Below, piece after piece: positions 59,040 through 64,000 of a DNA stretch of 64,000 bases. The DNA comes from a virus. Taxonomy: Duplodnaviria; Caudoviricetes. A model generated the notes under the pieces. It was given only the letters and a program-made list of their open reading frames with translations, searched no databases and was not told the DNA's origin. The first letter of the stretch is position 1. Every line of letters starts with the position of its first letter. Location of the stretch: IMG/VR virus record IMGVR_UViG_3300028638_000008, positions 1-64,000 of that record; one strand, given 5' to 3'. Both the position numbers and the translations under genes were made by a program.

Positions 59040-59665
59040 TTAAACCCCTTTCAATTCCAAGTATCGGTATTATACTCTTTCAGTTCGTTAATATCAATCA
59101 AAATCAATTCAAAATCTGCAATTTCTTTTTGAGTTAGCTGCCGCTTGTAAAACACAACGCCATGCCTGATGCGGCTTTTTTCATTTCTATAACTCGTATC
59201 AAAACCGCAATAATCACGCGGCACTGTGCCAATATCAAGCGGCCTTGCGCGTAGCCCGTAGGCGTAAATATTATCCACCTTGTTTATCCCATTCTGCCCC
59301 CGCAATATCGGCGGCGGCTTTGTTCTCAGCCGTTGGCGCGTCTGCCAACTTGATTAACGCCTGCAAATATTTATTGCAAACATCGTAAAACGCTTTTGTT
59401 TTCGGGTTTATTTCGTCTAGCATAGTTTCAGGTAAGCAATCTCAGGCTTGCCACAATGCGGCGTCGCTCTGACTAGCACCGTATCAACCAAATCGGCCTC
59501 ATGCAGCATATTCAGAGCGCTTTTAATCGCCGTTCTGCCTTTGCCGGTTTTCTGCATAATCAGATTTTTCGTCATGTAATGGTCTTCTGAAAGTAAATCA
59601 AGTATTTTCTGTTCAAGGTCTGTCATGGTATTAACGGGCGGGTGTTACCCCGCCCTTTTCCTTTC

Positions 59666-60571
59666 TTATCTTTTCGCTTTTTCTTTGGCTTCAACGATAC
59701 CCTGCAAGCCTTTTATTACATCATTCAGGCGGCTTTCTGGCAGCGCGGCAAGCAGTTCGGCGGTTGTCTTTTCTGACGCATCGCCAAGCAGAGTTTTGAT
59801 AGTTCTTTCGGCAAATTCAGGCTTGAGTCCGGCTTTTGTTTTCAGTTCTTCGATTTCGGCAAGCAGGGCGGCGCGTGGGTCTGCTGTTTCTTCCGGCTTT
59901 TCCGGTTCTGCGTGTTTTTCGGCAAAAGCCGCATCTACCGCATTGTTAATGGCTTCGGTTGTGACTTTGGTCGGCGTCACGTTGATAACCTGCATATCTT
60001 CAATCTCATCGAGCGAGTTAAGCCCCATAAGGCACTCAGGCGCGTAGGTGCGAATCAGCCAAAGGCTTGAGCGGTATCTGAACATCTGGTCGGGCATGGT
60101 CAGCCACTTTGAGCCGCCCTTTTTGTTCCAACCTTCGGCGTTTACGGTCTGCCAGTCGATTGTGAGGCTAACCGGCTTTTTACTCTTGGCAAGAATCGCC
60201 GTAGCGGTGCAGCTTCGAGTATCGCCCTGCCCGCTGAATTTATGCTCAATCGGGCCTTCAAAAACGCCGCGCTGATTGGCGATTGCAATGGCAACCTGAG
60301 CTTCAATACCGATTTTGCCGCCGATATTGTAGATTTTCTGAAACAGCATGAATGGGTTCACGCCCAACTGTGCCGCAAGCTGCAAACCTACAAAGCACGC
60401 TGCCGGGTTGTTTTCAAAGTTCTTTGGCACAAGACCGCTTTTGCTAAAAAGCGTTGCCGCCCGCTGCATCTGCTCAAATACTGGCACATTAAGCAAAGTC
60501 TGCATCATGGCATCATTGCCGGTCATGGTCATCATCTGCGTGTTGTTTTCGTTTTTGGTTTCAGTAGTCAT
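59666..60571 (-). CDS. RecT-like ssDNA annealing recombinase
   Basis: LVPK.F...P..C...GVNP.......I.GK...W...PDQM..YR.....RTYAPE.L.G. Confidence 0.8.
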   Translation of the reverse strand: MTTETKNENNTQMMTMTGNDAMMQTLLNVPVFEQMQRAATLFSKSGLVPKNFENNPAACFVGLQLAAQLGVNPFMLFQKIYNIGGKIGIEAQVAIAIANQRGVFEGPIEHKFSGQGDTRSCTATAILAKSKKPVSLTIDWQTVNAEGWNKKGGSKWLTMPDQMFRYRSSLWLIRTYAPECLMGLNSLDEIEDMQVINVTPTKVTTEAINNAVDAAFAEKHAEPEKPEETADPRAALLAEIEELKTKAGLKPEFAERTIKTLLGDASEKTTAELLAALPESRLNDVIKGLQGIVEAKEKAKR

Positions 60572-61355
60572 CGTCGTTTTCTCCCTCGTTTATTAGTTTC
60601 AAAGCCCAATAGGGCAGTTTCACAGCTTGAATTTTGTCTGAGTAACCCGGCCAGATACCGGATTCTGAACATTCTTTATACAATTTAATCAGTTTTTGCC
60701 TTTCTTTTTCTCCCGCTTCTATAGATTCATGGTCAATCACGAATACCGCCGTGCAGTATGGCGGCTCATTCTCAACCGCGATAATGTAAAAGTTTTCAGC
60801 CGGTAATTCATTCGCAGCGGCCCCGTAAAGGTAATGCGCGGCCTGAATGTGATAACCAAACTTGAAAATACTTTTCTCAAACTCTTTCATTTCGGCGCTG
60901 GTTGTAGTTTTTAAGTCTAGCACGCCGAAAGGCAAAAGTCCATCTATTTTTCCTTTCATTTGCAAGTTATTTTCTTGCCATTCGATTTCTTTTTCGGCTT
61001 CAAGCATCAAAGCCAGCAGTTTGCTTGCTGCCGGGTGTGCCTTCACGCTTTCGGCCATTGCCTTAACTGCTTCTGCATCATCGGCACTCAATACTATTTT
61101 ATCGGCGTTCTCAAGTGCAAAATTGGCCTTAATCAGCTTCGCCGCATTGCTATTACCTTTTGCCGATTCAGGCAACACAGCAAAAACGGTTTTATTCTCA
61201 AGCACAATCGCATGTAAACAGGTTCCTAACTGCATTGCCGCGCTTGGCGATTTTGGGTTGTCCATTGCGTATTTTGCATGTGCGGGCGAGCGTCTAAGCA
61301 GTTTTAACGTGCTTTGACTGACCGCCTTTTTTGCAAAATATTCTTTATCGCCCAT
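60561..61355 (-). CDS. PD-(D/E)XK exonuclease (DUF3799 / RecE-like)
   Basis: SQS.LK...SPAH...GT..H...KGKID...DLKTT...YH.QAA.Y. Confidence 0.85.
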   Translation of the reverse strand: MGDKEYFAKKAVSQSTLKLLRRSPAHAKYAMDNPKSPSAAMQLGTCLHAIVLENKTVFAVLPESAKGNSNAAKLIKANFALENADKIVLSADDAEAVKAMAESVKAHPAASKLLALMLEAEKEIEWQENNLQMKGKIDGLLPFGVLDLKTTTSAEMKEFEKSIFKFGYHIQAAHYLYGAAANELPAENFYIIAVENEPPYCTAVFVIDHESIEAGEKERQKLIKLYKECSESGIWPGYSDKIQAVKLPYWALKLINEGENDDDY

Positions 61356-61368
61356 TTTTTACCTCTTT

Positions 61369-61788
61369 TCAATCTTCGGAAAAATCATAATCTCCCGGCC
61401 TCGCGCCGAAACGGTTGTGTTTTACATCGTGGCTTGTAAAATCAATGAAATACAGCCCCGGCTCAACAAGCCCGCTCTGCTCTGCTAATATAAGCGCCTG
61501 ATTATACGCCTTTTGAGCGGTAAAACTAAGCGTGCCGTATTCTTTGTGTTTCAGACATTCCGCAACTTCCCAAAAGTTCTGACAAACAAAGCTGCGATTC
61601 TTACGGCTACCATCAGCCCAAACACTGACCACATCAACCACGAAGTTTTCTTTATCCGTGTAATAAATAAAAAACTCTGTCCAGCGGCCTGCATCGGCAT
61701 TTACCGGCGATTTACTGCTTTTATGCGCAAGCAAATCACCGTTAAAAATCAAATCAAGGCCGCGATTTTTCACCGTGTATTTTTGCAT
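61369..61788 (-). CDS. Hypothetical early protein
   Basis: First gene behind the promoter at 61810-61838, GGAGG RBS. Confidence 0.6.
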   Translation of the reverse strand: MQKYTVKNRGLDLIFNGDLLAHKSSKSPVNADAGRWTEFFIYYTDKENFVVDVVSVWADGSRKNRSFVCQNFWEVAECLKHKEYGTLSFTAQKAYNQALILAEQSGLVEPGLYFIDFTSHDVKHNRFGARPGDYDFSED

Positions 61789-61809
61789 GGTTCCTCCTTT
61801 CTTGGGTTG

Positions 61810-61838
61810 ATTATAGCCTATTTTAATAGGGATTGCAA
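61810..61838 (-). promoter_or_regulatory. Early promoter
   Basis: TTGCAA-17nt-TATAAT. Confidence 0.8.
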
Positions 61839-62407
61839 GTTTATTTATAAATCTTTTTTCCGATACTCAAATAACCCGCATTTTGCCACCAACGCCGCAA
61901 AAGCAGTATCGCGGCTTTTTTCGGTCTTATATTTCGCGTGCAAGTGCCAATAATTAAACACGCAACCCATTTCCGGCAATGATATCCAGCCTAATTCGGT
62001 TGTGTATTCGCTTGCAAACATCGGCTTTATCAGCTTCTTTTCGATTGCAAACTTTTTCATAACAACCTATAGGCCACCTGTGCGCGACCTTTGCCGGGGT
62101 TTATTTTCACCTTGATGATTTCGGCTTCTTCACGGGCCACCAAAAAGCCCATGCAGGCGGCAACCGACTCAAGGCTTGTGTCGCTATCTTCGATTAGCAC
62201 TTTTTTTGTTGTGAAGTGCTCATAAGAAAGCACCTTCAGAATGGATGCCACCGCCTTCTTGGTTCTTGGATTAACTCTGTTTTGTCGTTTCATTTCTGCC
62301 TCTTTTGTGTTTTTGGGCCATCAGCTCTTAACTTACTTCCCATCTCGAAAGCGTTTGCTTCAGTTGCCAGCGCAAACAAGCTGCGTCAGAGTGTCGTCTG
62401 ACTCCAC

Positions 62408-62490
62408 TGCGGCGCGGGGGAATCGAACCCCCATAGCCTTTCGGCTGAGTGATTTTAAGTCACTTGTGTATGCCATTTCACCACCGCCGC
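62408..62490 (-). tRNA. tRNA-Leu(UAA), CCA not encoded
   Basis: AGTGA-CTTAAAA-TCACT anticodon arm, long variable arm AGCC-GAAA-GGCT, GGGGG-TTCGATT-CCCCC T-arm, acceptor stem with one G-G mismatch. Confidence 0.88.
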
Positions 62491-62740
62491 TAGTGCCCCA
62501 TCGCTAGAATTTGCAGTGAGGGGCTGCACCGCTTCATAACCGCTCTAGCACGTTCTCAATCAGTAGCTTTCGCCACCTTTTGAGGCTTGCAAGACGCGCC
62601 GCGTATGCACAATTACCACGACGCGCCCGTTACTACAACACCGCATGGGTGCTAAGCTCTTATTATCTGCTGAGGGCTTGAACCTCACGCGCCGACCGTT
62701 AGCCAGCATACTTTCAGGCGGGCAACCTTGCAGGCCAGTT

Positions 62741-62769
62741 ATTATACATCATTCCGCGTTATGAATCAA
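62741..62769 (-). promoter_or_regulatory. Promoter upstream of the tRNA leader
   Basis: TTGATT-17nt-TATAAT, TG immediately before the -10. Confidence 0.65.
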
Positions 62770-63420
62770 GCGAATCAGCCAAACAAGCGCATCGACCGGC
62801 AGAACCGTCGCGCCTTTCATGGCAACCTTAATCACACCCTTGTCGTTTGCCGTTACATTAGCCTTGCCAATCGGCATATTCAGCACGCCTGACACCGATT
62901 TCAGCTCATGGTTGCGGGCGTCAAGGCAATTATATTCCGAATAAGTATCAAGTTTTCCCGCCATGCTAACGGTTTTAACAGGGTTTTCTTTTGGGTTTTT
63001 GACTTTAACACTTTTGCAAAGCTCAAAACGGCTCTGAAGATTATGCAAATCTTCAAACTCAAAGCTAATTCGATTGGCGGTAGCAAAATCGTTGTTAATA
63101 AAGCTGCCAAGCAGTTTAATTGCCGAACTTGCGCCCCATGCGAAAAGAAAGCCATTGCTGATTGCAAATTCTGCCGTTTTAATGCGCTTCTTGGCTTCTG
63201 AAACGGTTATGCCGTCAACGATGTTTTCAGTTTCGTAAGGTTCGACAAAGCTAAAATAACCGCGTGTGATTGTTTCGGAAAATTCATAATCCGAAAAGCC
63301 CGGCGTTTCAGTTTCAAGATTAAACTTTTCGGCGTTGTCGATTGCCTCTTTTGCGTTGCCTTCAAAGTCGAAGGCGGTAACGCTAATTCTGCCTGATGGT
63401 AATTCTATTTCGTTTAACAT
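62749..63420 (-). CDS. Hypothetical protein (223 aa)
   Basis: ORF track, AAGGA RBS. Confidence 0.65.
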   Translation of the reverse strand: MLNEIELPSGRISVTAFDFEGNAKEAIDNAEKFNLETETPGFSDYEFSETITRGYFSFVEPYETENIVDGITVSEAKKRIKTAEFAISNGFLFAWGASSAIKLLGSFINNDFATANRISFEFEDLHNLQSRFELCKSVKVKNPKENPVKTVSMAGKLDTYSEYNCLDARNHELKSVSGVLNMPIGKANVTANDKGVIKVAMKGATVLPVDALVWLIRLIHNAE

Positions 63421-63604
63421 TTTTATTCCTTTATTTCTGGTAAGTTTCTAATAACTCCGGCGTTCATCTGCACGACAACGCCGCTAGCCAGTTTCACAAG
63501 AGCGCCTTTGTCTGCAAATGAACGCTCTACGGTGCCAATAATTTCAGCGCCTTGCGGGATTGCCCCCGCGTAGAGGCGGCCTTCGGTTTTGTTGGTGGTT
63601 GTTT

Positions 63605-63852
63605 TCATGCGTTAAGCGCCTTTAAAGTTGCAGCGCGGCTGCGGTCGTATTCTTTATTGGCTTTGTCGTTTTCGGTCATTTTGTATTCTGGAGCTTCGTA
63701 GCTCCAACTAATCACTTCACCGCGACCTGCGGCCTTAGTGTTTTCGTTAATCTTATCGGCAAGAGTCTGACTCATGGTGCCAAATTTGGCAGTTACATCA
63801 AGAGTTTCAATACTGCCATCAGGTCTTTTGATAGTTACGAGTGCTTTTTTCA
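63605..63852 (-). CDS. Hypothetical early protein (likely start MKKALV)
   Basis: GAGGT RBS; promoter at 63897-63925. Confidence 0.55.
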
Positions 63853-63896
63853 TTTTTTCCACCTCTTTTTAATTTCGCGCCCCTGCGCATGATTTA

Positions 63897-63925
63897 AATA
63901 TAAACCATTCAAAATAAAATTGCAA
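63897..63925 (-). promoter_or_regulatory. Early promoter
   Basis: TTGCAA-17nt-TATATT. Confidence 0.75.
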
Positions 63926-64000
63926 GTATTTTTTTTATTTATTTTTCACATCTTTTAAAAGCCGCTTCCATGCCCGCCTTGCCTTATCTCTTTCGCCATT

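Noticed and set aside
62330-62407. Theta/HDV-like ribozyme after the CCA-less tRNA
   Set aside because: I could not fit the nested double-pseudoknot pairing by eye; only simple hairpins are evident.
62408-62490. tRNA as an attachment site
   Set aside because: No integrase and no duplicated tRNA 3' end are seen.
1-64000. CRISPR array or rRNA
   Set aside because: No regularly spaced repeat-spacer series or rRNA-like sequence; the repeats found are promoters, terminators or coding duplications.

Overview
The window is most or all of a ~64 kb tailed dsDNA phage genome (siphovirus with a lambda-like tail), probably infecting a diderm bacterium. No host genes, integrase or CRISPR array are visible. 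Three leftward blocks of small early, replication and recombination genes (1-10.7 kb, 22.8-29.8 kb, 54.5-64 kb) carry 11 similar sigma70-type promoters. They alternate with two rightward late blocks: packaging/head (10.8-22.7 kb) and head/tail/lysis (30.1-54.5 kb). The most striking feature is in the large terminase gene. Its Walker A motif (GRRSG|KSE) is split by a 52-nt insert made of an RNA-type hairpin (G-U pairs) plus stop codons in all three frames, bounded by Gly codons GGT and GGC. This is a candidate programmed ribosomal bypass or mini-intron. Other notable elements: an AT-rich 7-deazaguanine cassette (queC, dpdA-like, queD, queE, folE) between terS and terL; three glycosyltransferase-like late genes; an IS607 whose TnpB has a Fanzor-type rearranged RuvC site and an N-terminus overprinted on tnpA; a 2509-aa Cys-rich modular tail fibre; a nearly fully overlapped spanin-like gene pair; nucleotide-pool enzymes; and tRNA-Leu(UAA). 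Protein calls rest on motifs recognised by eye, with no database search.
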